A stretch of 64,000 bases of DNA, from the NCBI GenBank assembly GCA_022340825.1, contig JAJDNE010000023.1, forward strand, positions 9,761 through 73,760, written 5' to 3'. Positions 1 to 11,238 of this stretch are shown here, piece after piece. The translations under genes were made by a program, and so were the position numbers. The DNA comes from Acidiferrobacterales bacterium. GTDB lineage: Bacteria; Pseudomonadota; Gammaproteobacteria; Acidiferrobacterales; JAJDNE01. A model generated the notes under the pieces. That model saw only the letters and a list, made by a program, of their open reading frames with translations. It was not told the origin of the DNA and searched no databases. Positions within the stretch are counted from its first letter, which is position 1; every line of letters starts with the position of its first letter.

Positions 1-2159
1 TGATTCTCGAAGGTATTACCTGCGCTGCCTGTGTCTGGCTGAATGAACGACACATTGCCGCTTTGCCGGGCGTGCTCGACGTCAAGGTCAACTACGCTAC
101 CCATCGCGCACGCGTAAAATGGGATAACTCCCGGATTCAACTGAGCCAGATCCTCGAGGCTGTCCATAATATTGGTTACGTCGCTCACCCCTACGATCCC
201 AGCCACCAGGAGCGCCTGATCGAGAACGAGCGCCGGGCATTGCTCAAGCGACTGGGCGTTGCTGCCGTGTTGGGCATGCAGATCATGATCCTGGCAGTCT
301 CCATGTACGCCGGTGATTTCTACGGCATGGAACCTGAGTTCCGGTCATTCTTTTCCTGGATCAGTCTCGGTATCACACTGCCGATCCTGTTTTTTTCCGC
401 CGCGCCCTTCTTCCGCGCCGCATGGCGCGACCTGACACACTGGCAAACGGGAATGGATGTACCGGTATCGCTCGGTATCAGCATTGCCTTTGCCGGTTCT
501 GCCTGGGCGACCTGGCAACAGACCGGTCATGTCTACTACGACTCAGTAGCGATGTTCGTTTTCTTTTTACTAACCGCGCGATACTTTGAACTCGTCGCAC
601 GCAAACGCGCTGCCGAGGCCGGCCAGGCACTGGTCCATGCTGCGCCCGCTGTCGCCACCCGCCTTGGCGCGGACAACGACAACGAAGAAACCGTAACCGT
701 GACGGAACTGGTCGCCGGCGACCGGGTACTGGTGCTGCCGGGCGACACCGTGCCAGCCGATGGCGAGGTGATCGAAGGGCACTCCAGTGTCGATGAGTCG
801 CTACTTACCGGTGAGTCGGATCCGATCGGCAAACAGACCGGCGACCGGGTAATAGGTGGCAGCATCAATTTTGAAAGCCCGTTGGTAATCCGGGTTGCCA
901 GTACCGGTGAAGACACCGTACTGGCATCCATTCTGCGTCTTCTCGACCGCGCGCAAACGGAAAAACCGGCGGTATCACAATTGGCGGATCGCACCGCTGC
1001 CTGGTTTGTGCTCGGCGTTCTTGTCCTCGCCAGCATTGCTGCCGTTTATTGGTGGCAACACGAGCCCGCCAGATGGCTACCGATACTCGTGTCGGTATTG
1101 GTGGTGACCTGTCCCTGCGCCCTGTCCCTGGCGACGCCGACGGCACTGACTGCAGCTACCGGCGGATTAACCCGGCTGGGCCTGCTGGTGACGCGTGGCC
1201 ATGCACTGGAAACCCTGGCCCGCGCCAATCATTTTATCTTCGACAAAACCGGTACGCTTACGCTCGGCAAGTTGCGGGTGCTCGAGATTCGTCCGCTGGC
1301 AGGCGACGATGAGGCCACGCTACTCAACACAGCAGCCGCACTCGAATCACGCTCCGAACACCCCATTGCCCGGGCCATTCGCACCGCGGCAACGGTAAAG
1401 CTGACGGTTACCAAGGCAGAGAGCACACCGGGGGGAGGTGTTACCGGGGAAATCGACGGCGAGACCTGGTGGCTCGGCAATATCAATTTTATCCGGCAGC
1501 AGACCGGGGGTGTGATCGACGAAAATACCATCGCGACACTCCAGGCCGGTGGCCGCACCGTTGTCTGGCTGGCCAATCGTACCGGCGTCCAGGCGGGAAT
1601 CATGTTGGGCGATGAATTGCGCCCCGGCGCCGCCGAACTCGTGCGTTACCTACAGTCGACCGGCAAGCAGGTCACCCTGTTAACCGGTGACCACGAATTG
1701 GCCGCCCACGCTGTGGCATCGCATCTTGGCATTGCCGATACCCATTGGGATCAGACCCCGGACACCAAGCTCGCTTATGTGCGCACTCTGCAACAGGACG
1801 GTGAGATTGTTGCCATGATCGGGGACGGGGTTAACGACGCGCCGGTCCTCGCCGGTGCCCAGCTTTCGATTGCCATGGGCTCCGGCGCTCACATCGCCGC
1901 GGCCAACGCCGACATGCTGCTACTGTCGCAGCAATTGCCCCACCTGGTGACGGCAACACAGGTGGCAAAAAAAACCATGGCCATTATTCGACAAAATCTT
2001 GTCTGGGCAGTGATGTACAATCTGGTAGCACTGCCGCTGGCAGCAACGGGATATGTCGCCCCGTGGATGGCCGCGATCGGCATGTCCGCCAGCTCGCTAC
2101 TGGTGGTAAGCAATGCCCTGCGACTGACCCGGCGAACCAACAAGGCGGAGAACGCATAA
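1..2159 (+). CDS. ccoI: Copper-translocating P1B-type ATPase, CcoI/FixI-like (5' end cut by window edge)
   Basis: The frame is open from nt 3. An HMA metal-binding motif (GITCAAC) sits at the window start. P1B signatures are present: CPC (VVTCPCALSLATP), DKTGTLT and GDGVNDAP. ccoS follows directly. Confidence 0.9.
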   Translation, partial: ILEGITCAACVWLNERHIAALPGVLDVKVNYATHRARVKWDNSRIQLSQILEAVHNIGYVAHPYDPSHQERLIENERRALLKRLGVAAVLGMQIMILAVSMYAGDFYGMEPEFRSFFSWISLGITLPILFFSAAPFFRAAWRDLTHWQTGMDVPVSLGISIAFAGSAWATWQQTGHVYYDSVAMFVFFLLTARYFELVARKRAAEAGQALVHAAPAVATRLGADNDNEETVTVTELVAGDRVLVLPGDTVPADGEVIEGHSSVDESLLTGESDPIGKQTGDRVIGGSINFESPLVIRVASTGEDTVLASILRLLDRAQTEKPAVSQLADRTAAWFVLGVLVLASIAAVYWWQHEPARWLPILVSVLVVTCPCALSLATPTALTAATGGLTRLGLLVTRGHALETLARANHFIFDKTGTLTLGKLRVLEIRPLAGDDEATLLNTAAALESRSEHPIARAIRTAATVKLTVTKAESTPGGGVTGEIDGETWWLGNINFIRQQTGGVIDENTIATLQAGGRTVVWLANRTGVQAGIMLGDELRPGAAELVRYLQSTGKQVTLLTGDHELAAHAVASHLGIADTHWDQTPDTKLAYVRTLQQDGEIVAMIGDGVNDAPVLAGAQLSIAMGSGAHIAAANADMLLLSQQLPHLVTATQVAKKTMAIIRQNLVWAVMYNLVALPLAATGYVAPWMAAIGMSASSLLVVSNALRLTRRTNKAENA

Positions 2160-2162
2160 GCG

Positions 2163-2351
2163 ATGGAAGTAATTTACATCATGATACCGATGGCGCTGAT
2201 TCTGGTCGGCGTCATTGTCTGGATATTTTTCTGGTCGGTGCGTTCAGGCCAGTTTGATGACCTGGAAGGTCCGGCCCACGAGATCCTGATGGACGATGAC
2301 GATTCCCGGAACAAAAAGACAGAACCCGAGTCTGACAAATCAGAAACATGA
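2163..2351 (+). CDS. ccoS: cbb3 oxidase maturation protein CcoS/FixS
   Basis: 62 aa with a single N-terminal TM helix and an acidic tail (MEVIYIMIPMALILVGVIVWIFFWSVRSGQFDD), typical of CcoS. It lies 3 nt after the ATPase stop. Confidence 0.8.
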   Translation: MEVIYIMIPMALILVGVIVWIFFWSVRSGQFDDLEGPAHEILMDDDDSRNKKTEPESDKSET

Positions 2352-2833
2352 TAGGCCGCATTAAAAAATATTTTGATGAACGCGTTGGTCCTGGCACTGA
2401 GTCCGTCGGCGGCGCGGGTCACCACAATCAGCGCATGCGTATTGCCACCGCAGCGCTGTTGATCGAAATGGCTAATATCGATTTCTCGAGCGAACCGGAG
2501 GAAATCGAAGCCATTCACCAAACCATTCAAAGCGAACTGGAATTGTCGGCAGCAGAGACCAGTGAACTGGTAACGCTGGCCAAAGATGAAACCCGGGAGA
2601 TGAGTTCCTACTACCAATTCACGTCGATTATCAACAACACCTGCACACCGGAAGAAAAGGCCATCATTATCGAAATGTTGTGGAAGGTGGCCATTGCCGA
2701 CGGCCGGCTGGATAACTACGAAGAACATTTCATCCGCAAAATTGCCAACCTGATTTATGTGCCACGTGACCAGATCGTTGCAGCCAAACACAGCGCACTC
2801 AAGGAAAGTGGCAAAGACCGGGAACCCTTCTAG
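2348..2833 (+). CDS. TerB-domain (tellurite-resistance TerB-like) protein
   Basis: 161 aa. The helical TerB-like pattern is my recollection of the family (EEKAIIIEMLWKVAIADGRLDNYEEHFIRKIA). The start overlaps the ccoS stop (ATGA). Confidence 0.6.
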   Translation: MIGRIKKYFDERVGPGTESVGGAGHHNQRMRIATAALLIEMANIDFSSEPEEIEAIHQTIQSELELSAAETSELVTLAKDETREMSSYYQFTSIINNTCTPEEKAIIIEMLWKVAIADGRLDNYEEHFIRKIANLIYVPRDQIVAAKHSALKESGKDREPF

Positions 2834-3579
2834 TCCGATCGACTGACCCTAAGATTGAGCGGCCACCGAATCGCTTTACGCGACTGGCGCTCGCCCCAGG
2901 CGTTGTTCAGCGCTGGCTCAACCTCCAACACCGGATCGCTATCCTTATCCGCCACGTAACGTTTCACAGCGGACCATGTACGTAAATAACCAGTCAGCTC
3001 ATCCAGCGTCCAGTCGGCCTGCATCGAGAACTCCTCTGCCGCGATCGGATGAAACGGAAAAGCGATATCAGCATAGCCCGTTTCAACCAGGCGGCGCTCC
3101 GTTGGCCAGTAGGGACCAACCAGGTCATCGTACAAGTGTTGGACAATGGCATCGATTTCCGGATCAACGCTGGTTAATCCATATGACCACACTGCCAGTA
3201 TGCCGCCGGGCTGCAACACTCGTTTTGCCTCGCGAAAAAAGGCATCCAGATCGAACCAGTGCAACGCCTGAGCGACTGTAATCAGGTCTACTGAATTAGC
3301 CTCCAGGCCCGATTGTTCTGCAACGCCAACCCGATAATCGACATTGTCTGCCGGGGAGGCATTGCTGATCTGGTTCGCCGAGGCATCGGTTGCGATCACA
3401 AGATCAAAGTACTGCGCGAGGGCCACCGCTGCCTGACCATTCCCGCAGGCACAATCCCAGGCGAGCCCGGTAGACGGGCTGATGTCGGCAAGCCACCGGA
3501 ACAGCTCGGCCGGATAGTTCGGGCGATACTTCGCATAATCACTCGCGTGCCCGGAGAAATGATCACTGAATGTTGTCAC
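2830..3579 (-). CDS. Class I SAM-dependent methyltransferase
   Basis: SAM-binding motif I (AWDCACGNGQAA) and motif post-I (VIATDAS). 249 aa. Confidence 0.75.
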   Translation of the reverse strand: MTTFSDHFSGHASDYAKYRPNYPAELFRWLADISPSTGLAWDCACGNGQAAVALAQYFDLVIATDASANQISNASPADNVDYRVGVAEQSGLEANSVDLITVAQALHWFDLDAFFREAKRVLQPGGILAVWSYGLTSVDPEIDAIVQHLYDDLVGPYWPTERRLVETGYADIAFPFHPIAAEEFSMQADWTLDELTGYLRTWSAVKRYVADKDSDPVLEVEPALNNAWGERQSRKAIRWPLNLRVSRSD

Positions 3580-3684
3580 TGATTTACCCTGAATCTGGCC
3601 GGATACCGCCCATGGTCTGCCTCAATCGAAGATACTCGACCTGCTTTCGCCGCGGAAAGTCGCCAGCGCGGCCGCGACCTTATA

Positions 3685-3713
3685 TTAGATTTCCCTTATA
3701 TATAAGGTATAAT
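3685..3713 (+). promoter_or_regulatory. Candidate sigma70 promoter for ppa
   Basis: TTAGAT (3685-3690), a 17-nt spacer, then a perfect TATAAT (3708-3713), about 30 nt upstream of the ppa ATG. The spacer contains the palindrome ccttatatataagg. Confidence 0.4.
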
Positions 3714-3743
3714 GCCGCGCCCTGACCCAGACAGGACAGCAGC

Positions 3744-4292
3744 ATGAATCTCGACCGCGTCGGCCCCGGCAAAGACATCCCCGAAAGCGTCAACGTTATC
3801 ATTGAAATCCCGGCTCACTCGGATCCGGTGAAATATGAAGTGGACAAGGAAACCGGCGCCATGTTTGTCGACCGCTTTATGAACACGGCCATGCACTATC
3901 CGTGTAACTACGGGTACGTGCCGCACACGCTGTCTGAAGACGGGGACCCGGTCGACGTACTGGTTATCACGCCCTACCCGCTAATCTCAGGCTCGGTTAT
4001 CCAGTGCCGGCCGGTTGCCATGCTCAACATGGAGGATGAATCCGGACCCGACGCCAAGGTACTGGCCGTGCCGATCGACAAGTTGTGTACCCTGTATCGC
4101 GATGCCAAGGGGCCCGACGACCTGCGCCCACAATTGCTGGAGCAGATCGCCCACTTCTTCGAGCACTACAAAGATCTGGAACCCAACAAGTGGGTGAAGC
4201 TTTCGGGATGGGCCGGCCCCGAAGCGGCAAAGCAGGAGATTCTCGATAGCATCCAACGTTTTCAGGACGCACCCGAGAAACCGCACTTCTAG
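3744..4292 (+). CDS. ppa: Inorganic pyrophosphatase (family I)
   Basis: 182 aa. Conserved family I PPase segments: [18 protein letters not shown] and [23 protein letters not shown]. Confidence 0.95.
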   Translation: MNLDRVGPGKDIPESVNVIIEIPAHSDPVKYEVDKETGAMFVDRFMNTAMHYPCNYGYVPHTLSEDGDPVDVLVITPYPLISGSVIQCRPVAMLNMEDESGPDAKVLAVPIDKLCTLYRDAKGPDDLRPQLLEQIAHFFEHYKDLEPNKWVKLSGWAGPEAAKQEILDSIQRFQDAPEKPHF

Positions 4293-4822
4293 CTTTCTTC
4301 CCAACCGGTTTTGTATTTGCGCCGGTCCTTGCCAACACGACGACCGTCTTCAAAGCGAACTCCGTCACGGCGATCTTCGCCTTTGCGTCGCTCCTCCTGC
4401 CTGCGTTCCTTGATGTACAAAGCACCGGGCAACTCGACCAGGCCTTTCACCATCATCTGCATACGATAGTTGCCGATATCAAAACCGCAGCTCACACAAC
4501 GATTACCGCTTGCCAGATTGCGACACTTGGGACAGGGAAAACTATCTGTATGTTCTTCGCCTGAATCCGAATCCTCCAGCGGCAGCACTTCACACAGCGC
4601 GCCAAGCTCTTTCATGTAGTCACGATACCGGATGGCATCTTGCCAACTGATATCCTTCCGGATTGCAATGTTCTGACCGGAAAACAGCTTGCCCAGCTTT
4701 TCTTCTGAAAGCTTGAACTGCTCTCGGAAATTCTTTCTCACCCGCGAAAGATCTACACCCTTTACGAGAAGACCGGTAAACACTACCTGATAACGTCCTT
4801 CAATTGTCAGTTCATCAGCCAA
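4289..4822 (-). CDS. Hypothetical zinc-ribbon protein with Arg/Asp-rich C-terminal repeats
   Basis: 177 aa. CPKC-x9-CVSC zinc-ribbon spacing. C-terminal ERR/DRR repeats ([34 protein letters not shown]). I recognise no family. Confidence 0.55.
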   Translation of the reverse strand: MADELTIEGRYQVVFTGLLVKGVDLSRVRKNFREQFKLSEEKLGKLFSGQNIAIRKDISWQDAIRYRDYMKELGALCEVLPLEDSDSGEEHTDSFPCPKCRNLASGNRCVSCGFDIGNYRMQMMVKGLVELPGALYIKERRQEERRKGEDRRDGVRFEDGRRVGKDRRKYKTGWEES

Positions 4823-4925
4823 TGGACACCCTCCCTACTACTATTCTTGTCATGATGACGGTCATACCGGTCAGAACTTTTCGAGCCACTCTACGGCCAG
4901 TAGTGCTCACCAGCCCACGCCACCT

Positions 4926-6872
<1,947 letters not shown>

Positions 6873-7064
6873 CTTGGACTCCCCCTGTTCTTTTTGTGGC
6901 CCAGTACAGACCGGCGTAAATGGGATATTTAGCAGAGCGGATCATTATATACCGGCGGAAAAAGAATGGTACGCCAGTAACCACTTTCTCTGGAGCATAT
7001 TAGTCAGGGATGATACAAGGGATAATCGAGCAACCCGGCAACCAATACGGATTTTTCAGCGCTA

Positions 7065-7736
7065 ATGCACAATGAGACAACACGGGTAGGGCGACTCGCC
7101 AGCCAATTCCAGGAAGTATTGCGCGGACTGCGTGACTATTTTGGCTCGATCGGTCGCCGTCAGGATAAACCGGTGCTGGATCGCGCCGACCTGAAACAAT
7201 TTCTCGAGACACGGTCCAGCTTCATCGCGCAAACTTCGCTTTACGGTTACCTGCGTACCCGGGCGGGCCAGATCTATCCGCAATTGTTCGAAGATGATGA
7301 GTTTGTACAGCAGATCAATGTCGCCAAATGGCACGTGTGGCTGGCGTGCCTGTCAGATCTCTCGGTCTTTGCGGGTGGATTGTTGGCGCATCGATCCCAG
7401 GGGTCTCCGGAAAAAGTTGGCATACTGATGAATGAACTGGTTGGCTCGATCCTCGATGAAACCGGAACGCCTGCTGATGCCGGTGAAGAGTTCGCAGAAC
7501 GTGCTAATCGAGTACGTGCACGCGTGGCCGGCTGTCTCTGGAATCAACTAGGTGATGATGACACCGCTTTCTCGGAAAGTCCGGCGGCAGTCGTACGCTG
7601 GGCACCGGTGGTCGAAAATCTGAAAGAGCTGGATGAAGATATTGTGAAGAATTCAGTGCGTTTTCGCTGGAACGAAGTACGTCGTGACTTGCGCACCCAT
7701 CTTGATGCTGAGGCGGTGCTGGGTTCCAGCAGCTGA
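7065..7736 (+). CDS. Hypothetical protein
   Basis: 223-aa ORF with coding-like composition. No recognisable motif. Confidence 0.55.
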   Translation: MHNETTRVGRLASQFQEVLRGLRDYFGSIGRRQDKPVLDRADLKQFLETRSSFIAQTSLYGYLRTRAGQIYPQLFEDDEFVQQINVAKWHVWLACLSDLSVFAGGLLAHRSQGSPEKVGILMNELVGSILDETGTPADAGEEFAERANRVRARVAGCLWNQLGDDDTAFSESPAAVVRWAPVVENLKELDEDIVKNSVRFRWNEVRRDLRTHLDAEAVLGSSS

Positions 7737-7773
7737 ATCCGGAAGTTGTTATCGCTTTCGCGACAACCCTAAC

Positions 7774-8130
7774 CTAGTCAACAATCAATCCGATCAGATG
7801 AGCCACGCCCTGTGCCAGCTCGCTCTCGAGCGGGAATGACAACATGCCCATCACTGAATACCCGAGCAACCATGGCATTAGATAAAAGCGTGTCATGTAG
7901 AAGAACCACGCCACGTAGAGCGGAATCAGTGGTTGAATCAGAAATTCCGGCGTAATAGGTTTGAATAACTTCAGTAGCGGATCGGTCAACTTGATAAAGA
8001 TTCGGCTGAAAAAGAACCTGTTCTCTTCAGAAAGAAACAATCTCATACCAAAGCGCCCGATCAACGTCCACATCACCATACCCAGTATGTAGTCAACGGC
8101 GATCGCCCACAGGGGGATTGTTTGAGTCAT
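7774..8130 (-). CDS. Small integral membrane protein, YggT-like
   Basis: 118 aa with about 3 TM segments. The central LTDPLLKLFKPITP motif resembles the YggT family signature. Confidence 0.5.
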   Translation of the reverse strand: MTQTIPLWAIAVDYILGMVMWTLIGRFGMRLFLSEENRFFFSRIFIKLTDPLLKLFKPITPEFLIQPLIPLYVAWFFYMTRFYLMPWLLGYSVMGMLSFPLESELAQGVAHLIGLIVD

Positions 8131-8165
8131 TGTGTTGCTCCAGATTCGAACAGACGTTTATTCAA

Positions 8166-8201
8166 TAAAGAAAAAGCCGGGGCGAACAATCTCGCCCCGG
8201 C
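8166..8201 (-). terminator. Intrinsic terminator downstream of the symporter gene
   Basis: 10-bp GC-rich stem gccggggcga/tcgccccggc (8176-8185 / 8192-8201) with a 6-nt loop. On the minus strand it is followed by TTTTTCTTT. Confidence 0.75.
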
Positions 8202-8223
8202 TCCAGATAGTACTAAAGCACTA

Positions 8224-10065
8224 CTAGTGTTGTGAACCCAGGATCGTTTGTCCCTTCGGTATGCGAACTTCATCAACCATGGCCTGTGTCTCTGCATCAG
8301 GCTCCTTGGTTAACAGCGATACCACAATCATGGCGATCAGGCTTGCCGATGCACCAATGATGCCGAACCGGAGATGATCCAGTCCGTACCACGGCACCAT
8401 ACCGCCCCATTTCACCATGTACAGGTACCAGGTACCGCAACCAAAGCCGATAATCATACCGGCGATGGCGCCGGCGCGATTGGCACGCTTCCACCAGACG
8501 CCGAGTACCAGCGGGAAGAACAGGCCGGACATGGCAAAACAGAATGCCCAGGCTACTGCACCGAGGATACCGGTAAGCTTCAGGCTGGCGACGAATGCAC
8601 CCAGGGCACCAATACCGAATAGCAGCACGCGAGCAACGAGCAGGCGCTTACGTGTTTCCGCTTTCGGATCGATGATCTTGTAGTACAGATCGTGCGACAG
8701 GGCGTTGGCAATGGCGAGCAGCAGACCATCAGCAGTGGACATCGCCGCGGCCATACCGCCAGCAGCAACAAGTCCGGAGATGACGTAGGGCAGGCCTGCC
8801 ATTTCCGGTGTGGCCAGCACGACGATGTCACCACGCAGGAAGAACTCGTTTATCTGCAGAATGCCGTCACCATTAAAGTCCTTCATCGCCACCATACCGA
8901 TCTCGCTCCACTTCTGGATCCAGGTTAGCGCTTCCACATCTGCAAACGACTTGCCGATAATGGAGGTAGACAGGTTCGGGTCCAGCAGTTGCAGCTTGGT
9001 AAACGTCGCCAGTGCCGGTGCGGTGAAGTACAGCAGGAAGATGAAGAACAGCGACCATGCAACTGAAGCACGCGCTGCACGCACAGACGGCGTGGTGAAG
9101 TAGCGCATCAGGATGTGTGGTAACGATGCTGTACCGATCATCATACACGCAGCCAGTGTCACGAAACGGAAGGCGTTAATCGGACCTTCGCCTGGTGTCG
9201 CGTGCAAAGTGGTCAGCGCTTTCAGGCCCGGGAACTGCGAAGCGACTTCTCCCGTGGGTTTAAGCACACCAACCCCGAGCACTGGCTCCAGATCCATAAT
9301 GCGCTGTACCGCGGCGCCGTACTCGAAGTGCGGGAAGATACCGAAACCCTGCTTCGATGACATCCAGAACACCGGGATCAGGTACGCAATAATCAGCACG
9401 ATGTACTGTGCCACCTGGGTCCAGGTCACCGCACGCATTCCGCCGAGCATCGAACAGATCAGGATACCCAACAGTCCGAACCACACGCCCACTTCAAACG
9501 GTATATCCAGCGCACGCGCTGCGATTGTGCCAGTCGCGTTGATCTGTGCTGTCACGTAAGTAAACGACGCAACCACCAGCACAATCACAGCCAGCAGACG
9601 CGTTAAATTACCGCCGTAACGGGTACCGATAAAGTCAGGCACCGTGTAGCAACCGAACTTGCGCAGGTAAGGTGCCATTAGCGTCGCTACCAGCACATAA
9701 CCGCCTGTCCAGCCAACAACAAAAGCGAGATACGCGTGACCGCCGAGGAAGATGCCGCCTGCCATCGCCACAAACGAGGCGCCGGACATCCAGTCGGCTG
9801 CTGTTGCCATACCATTGAACACTGGCGGCACCTGACGGCCGGCGACGTAATAGGCGTCGACCTGCATGGTGCGAGATAGCCAGCCAATGACGGCGTAGAT
9901 AACAATCGTGAATGATACGAACAGAATGCCGATGGTGTCGGCGCCCATACCCATTTGTTCGAATATCGCCATCAGGGCGAAGAACAACAGGAAACCTCCG
10001 GTGTAGAGGCCATAGATTTTGGGAAGATTCTCGATAAACGAGCTTCCCTTCTTGAACATTGCCAT
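8224..10065 (-). CDS. Sodium:solute symporter family, cation/acetate symporter (ActP-like)
   Basis: 613 aa, polytopic, with an SSS-family pattern. It is paired with an upstream DUF4212 small subunit and sits near acs. Confidence 0.85.
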   Translation of the reverse strand: MAMFKKGSSFIENLPKIYGLYTGGFLLFFALMAIFEQMGMGADTIGILFVSFTIVIYAVIGWLSRTMQVDAYYVAGRQVPPVFNGMATAADWMSGASFVAMAGGIFLGGHAYLAFVVGWTGGYVLVATLMAPYLRKFGCYTVPDFIGTRYGGNLTRLLAVIVLVVASFTYVTAQINATGTIAARALDIPFEVGVWFGLLGILICSMLGGMRAVTWTQVAQYIVLIIAYLIPVFWMSSKQGFGIFPHFEYGAAVQRIMDLEPVLGVGVLKPTGEVASQFPGLKALTTLHATPGEGPINAFRFVTLAACMMIGTASLPHILMRYFTTPSVRAARASVAWSLFFIFLLYFTAPALATFTKLQLLDPNLSTSIIGKSFADVEALTWIQKWSEIGMVAMKDFNGDGILQINEFFLRGDIVVLATPEMAGLPYVISGLVAAGGMAAAMSTADGLLLAIANALSHDLYYKIIDPKAETRKRLLVARVLLFGIGALGAFVASLKLTGILGAVAWAFCFAMSGLFFPLVLGVWWKRANRAGAIAGMIIGFGCGTWYLYMVKWGGMVPWYGLDHLRFGIIGASASLIAMIVVSLLTKEPDAETQAMVDEVRIPKGQTILGSQH

Positions 10066-10076
10066 GGTTAGCCCCC

Positions 10077-10337
10077 TTAGTCTTCAGCCATGCCGGTTTC
10101 GCGATCGATCTTGTCCTGCTGTTTTACAAAGACAAACAGCTGGATGACGAACACGGCAAGAGATCCCTGTGCTGCCATATAAAAACCGACAGGAAAACCC
10201 AGGAACGAGATTTTATTTAGTTGAGGTGCAAACCAGTGAACAACAAAGGCAAATATGAACCATATTGCCAGGTGGACGAACATGAGGTTGCGCGTGCGAT
10301 GCCAGTGCGCTTCCCGTTGAGCAGTATCGGTAGCCAT
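10077..10337 (-). CDS. DUF4212 small membrane subunit of solute symporter
   Basis: 86 aa with two TM helices. It ends 11 nt upstream of the symporter gene, the usual arrangement for this pair. Confidence 0.8.
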   Translation of the reverse strand: MATDTAQREAHWHRTRNLMFVHLAIWFIFAFVVHWFAPQLNKISFLGFPVGFYMAAQGSLAVFVIQLFVFVKQQDKIDRETGMAED

Positions 10338-10539
10338 TGATGCTCCTCCTGTTTATATATTATTGGTTAAAAACATCCAGACCTTGTGCACATCCCTTCA
10401 TATTTCGTTCTATAGTAGTCCTGCTATTTTTTAAAATTCTCCTAATTGATGCCAGTTTCTCCAGTGCCTGGTACCCATGTACTCACGGTCAAATTTCAGA
10501 ATACATAAAAAAGGGTATTTTGACACCTTTAACCGGATT

Positions 10540-11238
10540 TCATATATGGCTGTGTTGCTGGGCCTCGGCCTCCGCTAACAGCTGCCCAACTGTCTCCAGA
10601 CCGCGTTTTTTAGCCTGATTGAGCAGAATTAGCATTAATTCCCCTGTGGCGAGTACGTCATCCATGGCCCGATGGCGGGATACGACGTGAATACCGAAAC
10701 GGTATAACCAGTCATCCAGGCTGCCGTGGGGTAATCGTGCTTCCGGGAACAGTGCCGGGGCAAGGTCCGCCAGATCCAGCCAGGAATATGGAAGATGCGT
10801 GCCCAGAACGGCACGGGTGGCGCGGTCAATCACGGTACGGTCAAATTGGGCGTGGTAGGCAACCAGCACATGCTTCCGGGCGAATTCAAAAAATTCCACG
10901 AGCGCTTGCTCGGGCGGTATTCCACCAGACTGCTCGCCGGGGGCGATGCCATGGATCAGAATATTGTCCTTGCTGCTGGTCTCGGTCTGAAAAATAATGC
11001 GCTCAAATCCGGCGCCCGACCACAACCTGCCTTCGCTCAATAAACAGGCACCAATAGCCAGCAATCGATCCCGCCTGGGATCGAGGCCGGATGTCTCGAC
11101 ATCGACCACAACGAAGGTCGCATCGGCCAGTAACACCTGTTCACTGGCAGGTTTGATTTCTCGCCAGGCGTTTATTCGATTTTCCAGCGCGGGTGGTAGT
11201 TCGACCCGGTCGCCGAACAGTCGTGCAAACAGACTCAC
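10540..11238 (-). CDS. DEDDh 3'-5' exonuclease (DnaQ/epsilon-like)
   Basis: Exo I VVVDVETSGLD, Exo II YHAQFDRTVI, Exo III HRAMDDVLATGEL. The start overlaps the upstream gene's stop by 4 nt. Confidence 0.85.
   Translation of the reverse strand: MSLFARLFGDRVELPPALENRINAWREIKPASEQVLLADATFVVVDVETSGLDPRRDRLLAIGACLLSEGRLWSGAGFERIIFQTETSSKDNILIHGIAPGEQSGGIPPEQALVEFFEFARKHVLVAYHAQFDRTVIDRATRAVLGTHLPYSWLDLADLAPALFPEARLPHGSLDDWLYRFGIHVVSRHRAMDDVLATGELMLILLNQAKKRGLETVGQLLAEAEAQQHSHI

Noticed and set aside
10337-10618. 93-aa plus-strand ORF in the AT-rich region upstream of the DUF4212 gene.
   Set aside because: The sequence is low-complexity and hydrophobic, derived from AT-rich promoter DNA. It overlaps the exonuclease 3' end and has no SD.
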